A stretch of DNA of 62,956 bases, filler included, from Stramenopiles sp. TOSAG23-6 (Eukaryota): assembly GCA_900128565.1 (NCBI GenBank). It is 6 parts of 6 records of this genome, joined end to end, with 100 filler letters (N's around TTAATTAATTAA, not from the genome) between each part and the next. Parts side by side here need not be neighbours in the genome. Positions count along the whole stretch, not along the records: positions 1 to 12,254 come from LT636209.1; positions 12,355 to 24,588 come from LT636210.1; 4 more parts are not named here. One strand, 5' to 3'. Made by a program: the position numbers and the translations under genes. Of this stretch, positions 10,163-22,500 are shown in pieces. Numbering within the stretch: the first letter of the stretch is position 1; every line of letters starts with the position of its first letter. A model generated the notes under the pieces. The model searched no databases. It saw only the letters and a program-made list of their open reading frames with translations, and was not told the DNA's origin.

Positions 10163-12202
10163 ATGATGCTCCGGACTTTGTTTAAGAATACGAAGCAGCA
10201 TTTCACAAAGAGGTCTTTAAATACCCTCAACTCAACGGCTGCAAAATGTACACCTCAAGCCAACGCAGAACTTGTTGAAGTTGAAGCAAAGGAAACTCAG
10301 TCAGCTAAACTCTGGGGTGGACGATTTGAGAAAGATACCGATGCTTCAGTTGTTTCCTGGGCAGAGTCGTTAACGTGTGATGAGGAAATGATTGTAGAAG
10401 ATTTATGGGGATCAATCGCACATGTTTCGATGCTAGGTCGACAAGGTGTCATTCCAGCGGATGAAGCAGCTCAAATTTTGACCACTCTTGTTGGTTTTCA
10501 AGACTCTGCCATGAGTGGGGAAATGGATTTTTTTGACAAAAAATTTTCCAACCATGATGACGTTCATATGAATATGGAAGCCCGTCTTATTGATGCTACG
10601 TCGATGGAAGTTGGAGGTAAAATGCATACGACACGTTCTCGCAATGATCAAGTACCTGTGAGTTCTCAGCTGCACACACGAAACCGGCTACTAGAATTGA
10701 GAGAAAACCTCGGAAAATCAATAACTGCTTTTCTTGATCGAGCCCGTGAGCCTGGTTCACTTGAAGCCGTCATGCCTGGATATACACACTACCAGCATGC
10801 ACAACCTATCTCAATTGCGTTTTGGATGTCACATTATGCCGCTGTGCTTGTGAGGGATCTGGAAAGACTTAAGGCTGCCTACGATGTCGTAGATGAAAAT
10901 CCTTTGGGTATTTTATATTCANTACAATTAATACTACTGTTTTTTTATTAGGTACAAAATTGCGTACAAAAAAAACTACATGAGCTCTTTTACAATGAGA
11001 CAACTATTTGAATATTACTTCTAATATATTTATATTACATAATTAACATATGACACACATTATAGGCTCAGGCGCAATAAGTGGTACGTCATTTCCTATA
11101 GACAGATTATGTATGTTTTATTATTTTTTTTACAAAAAAATCGAATTTATTTTTTGTACGAAATTTTGTACCTAACAATTTTTTTTAGATTTTTTTTCAA
11201 AATATTTTTCCAAAATACATTAACAACTGAACTTTTAGGCTTTCAAAATGTTCGCGCACACTCGCTTGATGCCACAGGTAACAGAGATTGGATGTGCCAA
11301 GTTCTCGCAGCTAATGCGACATTGCATAGCACATGGAGTCGTTTTGCTGGTGAGCTTATTACATGTATGTTTTCTTTTTAATTTCAATTTGTTTTTTCGT
11401 ACGAAATTTCGTACCTAACAATTCTTTTTGTGATTTCGTGTTTTTTCACAATACACGGAGTAGTTATGAGTATCGAACCGTTACTCTTGATGATGGTTTT
11501 GCGATGGGTTCGTCAATGATGCCTCAGAAGAAAAATCCAGGCCCATGTGAATTACTCCGAGGTCGTGCAGGTATCATGAATGGGTATCTAACTGCAGGAA
11601 TGACAATGGTACATGTATGTTTTATTTTTTTGAATTTCGAATTTAATTTTTTTTTCGTACGAAATTTTGTACCTAACGAATTTTTTACGAAAAAAAAAAT
11701 ATTTTTTTTACAATACATGGGCTTCCGTCTGGGTATAATCGCGACTTTCATGAAGAAAAAGAATTGCTATTTGCATCATGCTCAATGTACGTTTTCAAAA
11801 ATTGTTTTTCCTTTAGTACGAAATTTCGTACCTAACGCTTTTTTTTAGTGTTTGTTGGATGTTTTCAAAAATTGAAGTTTTACCTAATTTTTTTTTTTTG
11901 AACTAAAATGAAAATTCAATACCTAACAAAAACGTTTTTTTTATGTTTTATTTTTTTGAATTTCGAATTTATTTTTTTTTCGTACCACATTTTGTACCTA
12001 ACGATTTTTTTACTTACGAAAAATATGTTTCCCAATATATGGCGAATCGTGCAACTGAAGTTATTCCGTCGCTGGTAGCATCAACGACATTCAATACCGA
12101 TAGAATGAAGGAATTATGTGATAAAAACTTCATGACAGCGACAGAATTGGCTAATTATTTGGTATCAGATCATGATGTTCCTTTTCGAGCGACACATCAT
12201 AT
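10163..12202 (+). CDS. ASL: Argininosuccinate lyase (3' truncated at contig end)
   Basis: [83 protein letters not shown] across 6 exons. Confidence 0.95.
10908..11065 (+). other. Canonical GT-AG intron
   Basis: G|GTATTT...TATAG|GC restores NPLG-SGA. Confidence 0.9.
11111..11220 (+). mobile_element. Introner-like intron GT-AT
   Basis: Restores [12 protein letters not shown]. Confidence 0.92.
11365..11456 (+). mobile_element. Introner-like intron GT-AC
   Basis: T|GTATGT...AATACAC|GG gives the conserved Trp of ELITWSS. Confidence 0.9.
11615..11718 (+). mobile_element. Introner-like intron GT-AT
   Basis: Restores [12 protein letters not shown]. Confidence 0.92.
11787..12040 (+). mobile_element. 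Compound introner-like intron GT-AT (several partial copies)
   Basis: 254 nt, four TACCTAA motifs; phase 2 join is in frame. Confidence 0.85.
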
Positions 12203-12254
12203 GTATGTTTTATTTTTTTTTTTACAAAAAAATCGAATTTATTTTTCGTACGAA
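12203..12254 (+). mobile_element. Introner-like intron, 5' part (contig end)
   Basis: AT|GTATGTTTT...TTTCGTACGAA. Confidence 0.85.
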
Positions 12255-12354
12255 NNNNNNNNNNNNNNNNNNNNNNNNNNNNNNNNNNNNNNNNNNNNTT
12301 AATTAATTAANNNNNNNNNNNNNNNNNNNNNNNNNNNNNNNNNNNNNNNNNNNN
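12255..12354. other. Artificial contig linker
   Basis: N-run + TTAATTAATTAA + N-run, 100 nt. Confidence 0.97.
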
Positions 12355-13030
12355 CTCTCCATCTGAATATGCACAATCTTTACCTTCTTCACTAGGTTTC
12401 ACTATCACATAAAACTTTTTCATACACTGCGCATCACATTCTGAAAATGAACCTCGACAATCTTGCGTTTTGGTTCCACAGGCGGGTCCTTCATGTCCTG
12501 TACCAGAACAGTCACATATAGCTGTGCCTAACGCATTTGCTACACAAACTCCCTTGTTAAGACATTGAACACTAGAGCAATCAACGCATCGATCCGACTT
12601 GCTTTCATCAAATGTACACTTCGTTTGCTCTCCATCTGAATATGCACAATCTTTACCTTCTTCACTAGGTTTCACTATCACATAAAACTTTTTCATACAC
12701 TGCGCATCACATTCTGAAAATGAACCTCGACAATCTTGCGTTTTGGTTCCACAGGCGGGTCCTTCATGTCCTGTACCAGAACAGTCACATATAGCTGTGC
12801 CTAACGCATTTGCTACACAAACTCCCTTGTTAAGACATTGAACACTAGAGCAATCAACGCATCGATCCGACTTGCTTTCATCAAATGTACACTTCGTTTG
12901 CTCTCCATCTGAATATGCACAATCTTTACCTTCAGCAGTAGGTTTCACTTTCACAACATACTCTTTCATACAGTTCGTATCACATTCTGAAAATGAACCT
13001 TGGCAATCAAGAGTTTTAGTTCCGCAATCT
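12355..13030 (-). repeat. 273-bp (91-aa) tandem coding repeat, about 2.5 copies
   Basis: ctctccatctgaatatgcac recurs at 12355, 12628, 12901. Confidence 0.95.
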
Positions 13031-13149
13031 TTCCCTTCGTATCCATCTTCGCACTCTTGATCACGACTAGCTAAAATATCAGCGACTGAAGTAATAGAAA
13101 ATCCGGGTACTGTGCTCACAAGGAGCAAAATCACAGTGAGGCTCCTCAT
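12355..13149 (-). CDS. Secreted protein with tandem EGF-like + TSP1-like repeats (3' truncated)
   Basis: Signal-peptide-like start; CLNKGVC..CDCSGTGHEGPAC and DCRGSFSECDAQC..GKDC units. Confidence 0.8.
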
Positions 13150-13515
13150 AAATGTATTACTTATGAAAAAGTCACCGAGGTAATCCTTTTTAAGAGGAGC
13201 AACGAGTTAAGCGACGAAGATCAAAGCAGCGAGCGAGCGGAGAGCGAGTTCGAGTTGAGTTCAACTTCGAAGTTCTGACTTTCGACTGAAAAACAATTTT
13301 GAAATTTATTTGAGATTTTTGAACAGCTACTTTTTGATTAACTTGCAAGCCACGGATCTACAATGACCAAACAAATGTGTATCCTAATTGTTAAATACAA
13401 TTGATATTATATCTCTCAGATATAATATATAGTGAATACATTGGATTCATGATAATTGTTCAAAATATAGAAGAGTGCTGAATCCTTGAAATTATAATTT
13501 ATTTATTTTTCCGCT

Positions 13516-16500
13516 TCATCGGATAAGAAACTCGCCTCCACTGTAATGAATTGCTGTCAGCAATCTTTGTCGCATTACTTCATCAGAGGAATATGGTGGC
13601 AACTCAATTTGAAAGAAGCATGTGTGCGCTAATGGTAGCCTGCTGGTATCCGAATTTCCCTTAGTTAGCTTAAACGGGCGTGGCCATACGCTTTCTCTTG
13701 GTAGTCTACTTCTACCCCACACAAATTGTAAAAACTTTGATTTATCGTCTTGGGAAAAACTTTTCAAAACACGCCAAAATCGCCGACATGGTGAATCGCT
13801 TGCGGAATACCCGTGGTATGTTGTGTGTTTCTTAATTATTTCAATATCGATATTTGGATTTCCACAAACACAAACCTCCAATTCATTCCAATTCAGTAAA
13901 CGCAATGCTCTGTCGGGAACAAGGGTCACAATACCACGACGTATAGCAGCAACCTGTTGATAACTTTCATGGAGTAAATGTATTTTTGAAAAATATTTGA
14001 AAAAAAAATCGTTAGGTACAAAATTTCGTACGAAAAAAATCGAATTTGAAAAAAAAATAAAACATACATGTTTACGAGCCCTATTTACGTACTCTAGACG
14101 ATTGACCCAAGTGACGGCCACGTCTCTTCCCCCAGGTACTAATTCTGAAATCCAGGTATGAACGTCCAAATCATTATCTATTGCAGCAGTTGATGGTCCT
14201 AAGGTACCTATAGTAAAATTTAAATCAGGGAATTTTTCATGAAATGCCTTTTCAATCTCATTAAGTTCCATAGAAGAGTTTACAAAATTTATATGTGAAT
14301 CTTCTACTGCTTCTCCCGATTTATTATCATAGTATGCTGAAAATTCTTCTATCGATGCAAGACGTCGAGCTTCTACTACATGCACTGAAGCTAATCCAGT
14401 TTCTTGTGATGAATTTGAGTTAGGGTTTGCTAATTGTTCCCAGACTAATGGTGCAAATTCAAATGGTAAAGCAGCTGATGTTCGCAGAGAAATTCCAATT
14501 AATTTGCCTAAAAATTCAAACATTTCTATCGATATTTTAGAAGTATGACGTGGATCCGGAAGAAACTTGTCATTGTTGGTACCTTCGCCATTGCGACCAT
14601 TTGGGCAGAGCATCATAAGATTGATACTTCGAGAATCCCCAGAGAAAAGCTCTAGAACAATTCTCGATAAAGTGTCTCTGTACAATCCTCCCCAATCTAA
14701 CCCTTCTTCGCCTTTAAATTTTACCGAAAAAAGACGATTTCTGGAATCTAATTTTGCTCGAAGTCGACGACAAGAAACATGATGAAGTCTTGAAAATGCC
14801 TGTGCAAATAGACCTCGTGAAAATTGCGGGTCTCTTAATTTTTCACCTCCCTCTAATGTATGCCTAACAAGTTCATTATCAAGTTGTACAACTAAATTTG
14901 GAGGTTTTGCATTTAAAGCTTTTTCAACCACTGATGCTAATAAAGTTGATAATTCATTTATTTTCTGTTGCAGTTTTTTCTTTCTGGAGTCAGATATTGA
15001 TTTCTTATCAACCTGATTATTAATTGATGTTATTTGCCGTCGGATTCGTTTTATACGCCTATCAGTGCTAGGATTGACCCATTGAGATGCCTCTATTGCA
15101 GACCGCAATAATTTGGTTTTGACTTCGCGGAAAACACAATGGCTTAATGTCTCTGACAACAAGCAACCTACTGACCAACTTGAAGAAGATGCCTGTAAGT
15201 CCACAAGCTCAATACAGTCTGCGAATTTTTTATTCCAGAATTGAAGTAAAGCAAAGCGATATCTCAAATCTGACAGTGGGACATTTGAGATTGCATGGTA
15301 CTTTAGCTTGCATTTCTTTGTTAATGTAACTTGATCGCAATCCATAATCAGCAGCGACCCACCCTTTTCAATTTCTTGATTATTACACCAACAAATTAAA
15401 GATACATCCATTTGATATTTCCAGTGAGACATCGCAAGAACTCTTTGTTCACAATCATACTTTGCACTTTTTGATTTCAGCCGAGAAGTATTCTTATCTT
15501 TGTAACCATTCGCGTGTAACCAAATTCTGGATGCCATCGTATCCGATAATCGTGAACCGTGTAATAAAGTGTACGATATCTCAACCACAGCAATCAAGGA
15601 ATCAAGTTGGGTCTCTGAAACTCCATCTTTTGTATGATGCAAAAGGCGGTTAATCAGTGGAGGGTCAAGACCAGTTTCACTGCGCAATCCGAAAAGGCCT
15701 CTTGAATATTTTTTGGTTGTTGGTAGAGAAGGCGGCCACGAGAAATGCCACGTATCGTGACCACCTTGAGCGCGAGAAGGAAATGCTTTTACTGCTGCTG
15801 CTAGTTCAGCAAGTCGTTGCAAAGCTGGTGGCAAAAAAATATCGCCTTTTTTCTTTGCATGATCTACCATTCTGACTACTGCAGTCGGAAGATATCGAAG
15901 AGGTCTTAAATCTAAAATACCAACATACATTTTGCGTTCATTGGATACCCCTTTCGACATTTTAGATTTTGTATTTGAATCACTGCTTCCAATATTCAAT
16001 GAAGATGTACTTCGAAACTTCTCAGGACTTGAGAGAAGCTGTGTTAGCACCGCTACAATGCGCGATTTATATGGAGCTCCAGGAGTCCGAAGATAGCGTG
16101 AAAGAGCCGCTACAACATCGGCACAATATACACCGTTTCTGTTGCACTTTAAATCTGTAGAAATACTACCTACATTTCTAGTATTATCATTGGTATTTCT
16201 TTGAATTAGATTTTTTTGTTGTTTTTGATGATTAAAAAAATGTACTTGGTGTTTCTGTCTTGCAAGCTTGTTTTCTTCTTCAAGTAAAACTCCAAGCATC
16301 CAGCACGCCCACTCCAGAGAAGGTGAGTTTAATACTTGCTCTTCCCGAAGCCATTGTAGGCCTCGCATCGGAGAAACATCAAATCGAAATCCCCAATCCA
16401 TTCCCCCAAAACGATTTGATGAGCATCGACTATTGTCAGTGTTGGTATATCTAGGAACAGACCAAAATCTGTACATGAAAGCTTCGTTATGCACTACATA

Positions 16501-19500
16501 GTTCTCTCCTTTGAATGGATCGCCGTTTTCATCTTCTTCAAATCGAAATCTCCGGATAAGTTTTTTTTCATGAAACACACCTGCAGCAGCTTCAAGTAAT
16601 GTAACTTGGTCTGCTTGATATATTTCTAGCGCAGTATCATGCGTACTAAGGCTTCTAATACCCAAAGCGCAACGCGGATCGAAACGTAATTGAAGCGCCT
16701 TTGCACCTTCAAAACGGACAACACCAAAATAATCACAAATGGGAAAGTATGGATGAAGACTCTCTACAGTACGGGATGTTATAGCAATACCGGTGATGAG
16801 ACTAGTTGACTCCATCACATGCCACGCACAATCTCTCACAAAAATAGATTCTGCATCATTATTACTAAGTTGAAGAGCCTGCCTCAATTTTGATTTAAGA
16901 ACTCGCACAAAACTTGAACTGGAATCTTCTGATATAAAAGAATCGTGGTTCCCTTTATCTCGAGATGCTTCCTTTTTCGCAGCTATTTTTTTACTATAAC
17001 CTGGATAATCCCCATATCTCGATGAACTCTCTGTTGCTATCATTAACTTAGATAATATTAAAAGTCTCTCACAACCACCTATAGTATCGAGAAACATAGT
17101 AAATGGTTTACGCGCAGACCATGCAGACATTAAACCAATCATCGCACGTCGGGCATATTGTATGACAAGGTTAGAATTTGTATCCTGGTGAAGTTTGAGC
17201 AAGTTTAACATTTCAGCGTAGTTGCTTTGATTCTTTCCTCCTCTTCCACCCAATCTTGTGCCGAATATGAGCATATGTCGTCTGCATTGACCAATTGGCA
17301 CACATTGAGTGTAGTGCAAGCCAATATCGGCATCAAATATTTTCAATACGACAGATTGTGATGATACGACAATATCTTCTGAACTTTCTTCATTGCCAGC
17401 CTCGTCTTCTGAAATATTATTTTCATTTACATCATTTGTTTGTAAGGAACACACAACACCTGTGATGCCTGCGACACTAGCAATTGGTCCAACTTTTGAT
17501 GTCACAGTAATTAATGTTCCCGGGCGAAGAAACCTTGCCACTGCCGCTGTATCTCCCGTTAGCCTTTCAAGAAGTCCTGTAGCCGCACCCCGAGATCCAC
17601 CAAAATATTCTTGGAACATTTCATTTTCTGAAGCTAAACAAGAAGATATTCCATTCTCCGAATTTTTATCCATGCGACCAGAGCCGCCATCTTCATCATG
17701 TCTTTCTGAGGATGATTCCGCCATCGTCGTAGCATCATATTCGTCGTCAAACACATCTTCACACATTGCAGCATTTCCTTCATCCTCGGACAACGACCTA
17801 TTAAAGTTATCACCAACAAACTTACCTGAGTATTTGCCGTCAGATATTCCAGGTAAGTATTGTTGGCCGTAATCCAATAACCAACCCATCGCCCTGTCTG
17901 CTTCATCGTGTGAAATTTCTAATGCAAGACTACACAGTTTGGGAGGAAGACCCGCTGTTAACGCCAGTTGTCTCGCTGTTGCTTCTCTTGTTTCATTACG
18001 ACCACCAAATGATATTTGACTTTGATTCATTCGATTTGCAGTACAATTGCTGACATCACCGGTAGTTGAAATATCGTCATCATTAGAATCACCATACATC
18101 CCCCCACCCATTACATAAGCACCTGCATGTGTTAAAAGCCATTCCGCAGCACGATTAATATCATCACCGTTCATGGCAAGCGACCGTTGGCATGTCTGCA
18201 GATTATACGTACCACCAACTAGATGCATTAATGTATTTGCAGATTCCATGCGTTTGATTTGTTTTGTATTTCCAGAATCTCCCTGCTGAGGATCAGATCC
18301 GCTAGATTGTCTGGAATCCTCAACGAAAAAATTATAATCTTTTGACTCGATAATTCTCTGTTCAAGTATTACTGCGCGAGCTTCAAGCCAACGTAACGAT
18401 ATCAAAGATGGTAAATTTGTGGCAGATGTCGACAAAGAAGAAAGTAAATGTAAAAATTGTGGCATTTTGATACTATCTTTTTTTTGATATTTTTTTTGTG
18501 TATCTCCTGCATAATTTGGGATGATATTTATTAGAGGTTTATCATACGTGCAACAACTTAATATTTGTTCTGCAAGAATTGTATGAGAGCATATTCTGGA
18601 TAATAAACGAATAACACAAACGTGAAATGAAGATTGCCATTGCTTGAGATTTGCCGATAAAAGAAGTGGATCAGTTTGCTCTGTGTGTGTAGGATTACCC
18701 GGGAAATTATCTTTTGAGTTTATAGTTGGCGATGTATCTGTTTTATCCTGTTGCATATTTTGAAGAACAGTAATAAATAACCGTAAAAGTAATGGTTTGG
18801 TAGAAGTATCATTGCTAGCAAGCCCAAACGAATTGGTTTTTCGAGTGTTGCGTTTTCCAAGTAAGTGTGATGCAAGTTTACTTCCTGGTCGTAAAAGATT
18901 TGCGAGCTCTGTTGGGAAAGATGAAGTCGTAACAGGTACCAATGTGTGTATTGGCATCTTTATTATTGTTGCATCGATACCGATTCCAAAAATACGATTG
19001 ATACTCCCAACTTCGTCAATTTCTGAGAAAACATCATCATTGACATTCATTTGAAAAGAATTTTCAGGATAATATACATGAACAATATCTCCACGAACAT
19101 TGTGGAATAAATATGTTCCCATGTTTGCAGCGTCCTCGCGATTTGAGATTCCGAGTAAACGCATTGTGTCTGTATTCTCTTGGGCAACTGGAAGCGGAAG
19201 TACGCGACATCCACGAAAGCAGTATGGAGCAATGCCACCAATGACACATATCGCACCCACAGCTGCAATATGGGAAGAAATCTGGTACGATAATTCATCT
19301 GTATCTTTATACTCAATTGCCAGGTCTTCATACATTTCATGAATATTTGAAAGTTGAAGAGAAATTTCATCTGCAACAATCGATGACCACGACACAGATA
19401 TGCCATTTCCAACATCAATATTTGATTTAACTTTAAGTAGAGTTTGAAGCAGAAGTACTGTATCAGATGAAATAGCTTGCTGGGTCACTCCGGATCCAAA

Positions 19501-22500
19501 ACCTCGACTCTCCCAAACACGCGAATCTGGAATATTACTCAAAGGGGAGGGTTTCCCATCATGATAAATGGTATCAATACAAACAGATTTCCCAATCAGA
19601 CGGATCATGTCTTTAACCATTGCATTGGCTTTAAATTTTGAACCCTCCTTTGTTACCTTGAAATCTGATTTGACATGTGGGTTTTCTTCCCGAAATGGTG
19701 TTTTGCTGCTTGGTAGCTCTCGGCGTAAAAATAATAATGTGAGTCGCTTACATCGTGGGGACGACCATTCTAATACTGAAAGTAATGTGTCTAGTCCAAT
19801 ATTTTGTAAAATACTAAAATGATCAATTGTTTCATTATCTGCATACATTTGAAGATTGAATTCAACCAGAAGCATTAATCGACTAAACAATATATTCTCT
19901 AAACTTCGGCCTTCATGAAAGGATTTAATTTTCGGGTTGATCGATATAGACATTTCTCTCAACGTTGTAGTTGCCAAGGATATATCTGATCTTAACTTTT
20001 TGAGAATTGTAGTGTATAGTGGGGCAATCATTTTGGGTCTGCGTATATACGTATTTTGATCGAATGTAGAGGATCGGGTACAACCCATCGATATCATTCC
20101 TAAAAGCTTAAAAGCTCCCCAAGCAGCTCTTTTGATGATAGGCAATGCATCTTTCAAATGCTTTGACTCTTGTAAATTATTAAAGTTTGGTTTTGAAGAA
20201 AATTCCTTTTCTGTACGATAAGACATACCCTCATCATTATCATCTTCATCAACGCCAAATAATATATCTAGTTCATCATCAAGCTCCGTGTTACCACTAC
20301 AGTTTGACCCTTCAGCCCTTCCTGGCACAGATGAGATACAAGTTTCATCCTGTGCTTTTACATGCGTCTTTGCTAATGTTGAGACGTCAAGATACGACAA
20401 CAAACATGATAAGAGAGATGACTCTGTCGTTTTCGTTGATTTTTCGATCTTGTCAAACTTCATAGGCATTAATAATAGTATATCTATATCATTTTTGTTC
20501 CAGTCAAATGCAAATGCACCAAAAATATTCTCGCAAAGCTTTGCATGTCCTAAATCATCACAATTATTTGGCGAATGCCTTAATGAATGAATCAGTTGGG
20601 GTAACCAACTAAAAATCATTTTATGCAAAGAATAAAATGTATTCTGAACTTCATGTTGCGTACTTGTTGAAGCCCCTGTAATATCTGCTAGATAGTGTGT
20701 ATAATTTGTGAAAGAGCGCAAATACACACTTGCGTTTTTATTATTTTCAGCTTTTGTGAAGTGAGATACTAATGCACTTCGTATTCGAGGCAAAATTTCA
20801 TTGAAATCGGAAACCATTGTGGTTTTAGAATCATCCGTATCACACGATAAAAAGGAATTTCGAGTACACTGATAAAACAATTCAGATATTGCATTCAACC
20901 CGAAAGCTCGACTGCGAGCACGAGCATTTCGCTTACGCATCATTTTACTTAATACCTTTGGTGGCGCTCGAAAACCTTCAAGAGCATATTTTATTGCAGA
21001 TTCAAGTACTTTATCTAATTCATCCTTTTTGTAAAATTTCTTATCATATAATGGCATTAATTTTAAAGCAAAATCCAGTCGTTCTTCGGCTTGTGATTTA
21101 GCTTCTTCATATGATTTAGGAATATCAAAATGACAAAAATGAACGGTTCGAAGTTTGTAAATTCTAAGTTTACGAGATCGATTTTGAGCCTCTTTATCTT
21201 CCCATTCTCTATGATTAGATACACTATGTGTTTTAGATTGACTCCTCTCAGATTCATACTTCTTTTCCTCTTCCAACAAACGTAGAAGTTCAACTTGTTC
21301 ATTGAAAAGTTCTATTTCTGGCGACCGGCTATTTTTGAATTCTGCATTTTTTTGTTTCATTAGCTTTCGCATCTGTTTGATATTATTCCATACTATCATC
21401 ATTTTTTCTGAAGGATCTTTTGATCTTATAAAGAACTCGCTGTCAACATTGGATTCTTTACCGCGAAAAATATCCATGACTTCTATGGATAAAGATACAC
21501 CGCTTCGCCGAATTGCAATGTTGAATAATTTTCTATCCAATTCAGGAATAAGACACTGATTTCTTCGCTGTAGTTTCGATAAGGGTTTTTTACATTCTAA
21601 CCATTTAATTGCTGTATCAATGACTTCACTAGTTATCTTTTGGTATACTGAAAAAACAGGGCTATTTATCTGTTGTGTCTGTTGTATTTCGTTTTGTACT
21701 TCTGCTGCTTGAACATGAACATTTTTTCCACTTCCGCTACTATCTAAATCATTTGCTACGTTAATACCTGACCATGATTTTTTCCATGTCAAGTCATTCT
21801 TCTGATCTTCAGAAATATATTCAGTGTTGTGCGGATTAGGTCCATTCGACTGCGAATTTCCACCACCAGTTTTACTTTCTAAATCCATTTCTAATCCAAG
21901 ATTATCTTGGCGTCTATTTATGCAATTGAATATAGGTGAATGCAACCATCCAACTAAATTTGATTCTACTGAAGATATTTTTGACCCTCTGATTAGTATC
22001 TCGGACATGTTTGAAATAATGCCGATGACAGTTTTGTGCAATGATAGGAACCAATGAATATTTAGCGGTTCCTTTGAATGTATACAATTGTCTTTAGCAT
22101 TTTGATCCCGTTTCAAAGAATTCACACTGAAACAATCCGAAGAATGTTTTATGTGCGAGAGTCTCTCTTTCTTTCTTCTATTGCAGAATTGGGATTCAGA
22201 TGCGAGTATGTCTGGAAAACATACACACACTTGATACGATAGTGTTGCAAACCGAACCATTATCGGCAATATGTCTACAATAGATCGAGTAGGTAAAACA
22301 TGATTACTATTGCTAGTAAGTAATAAAGAAAGCTCAGCAATAATATACGGCATTGATGTTCCTACAATAGAATCCTTCAATAGCATTTCAATGGCTGTGT
22401 ATTTCCTATAATTTGTGTCTACTTTTCTTTCTTTTATGTCTGTTGAAAAATTCTCTGAAGATAAAACATCTATAACTTCACTACAAATACTACTCGCACA

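Noticed and set aside
8464-12202. Interrupted genes as pseudogenes or alternative genetic code
   Set aside because: Exons are intact under the standard code; all breaks coincide with introns or N bases.
11111-12254. Regularly spaced repeats resembling a CRISPR array
   Set aside because: The spacers are ASL exons, the repeats are long and variable, no cas genes, eukaryotic context.
12255-12354. Recurring TTAATTAATTAA palindrome within N-runs
   Set aside because: Identical 100-nt six-frame-stop spacer used to concatenate contigs; adjacency across it is not biological.
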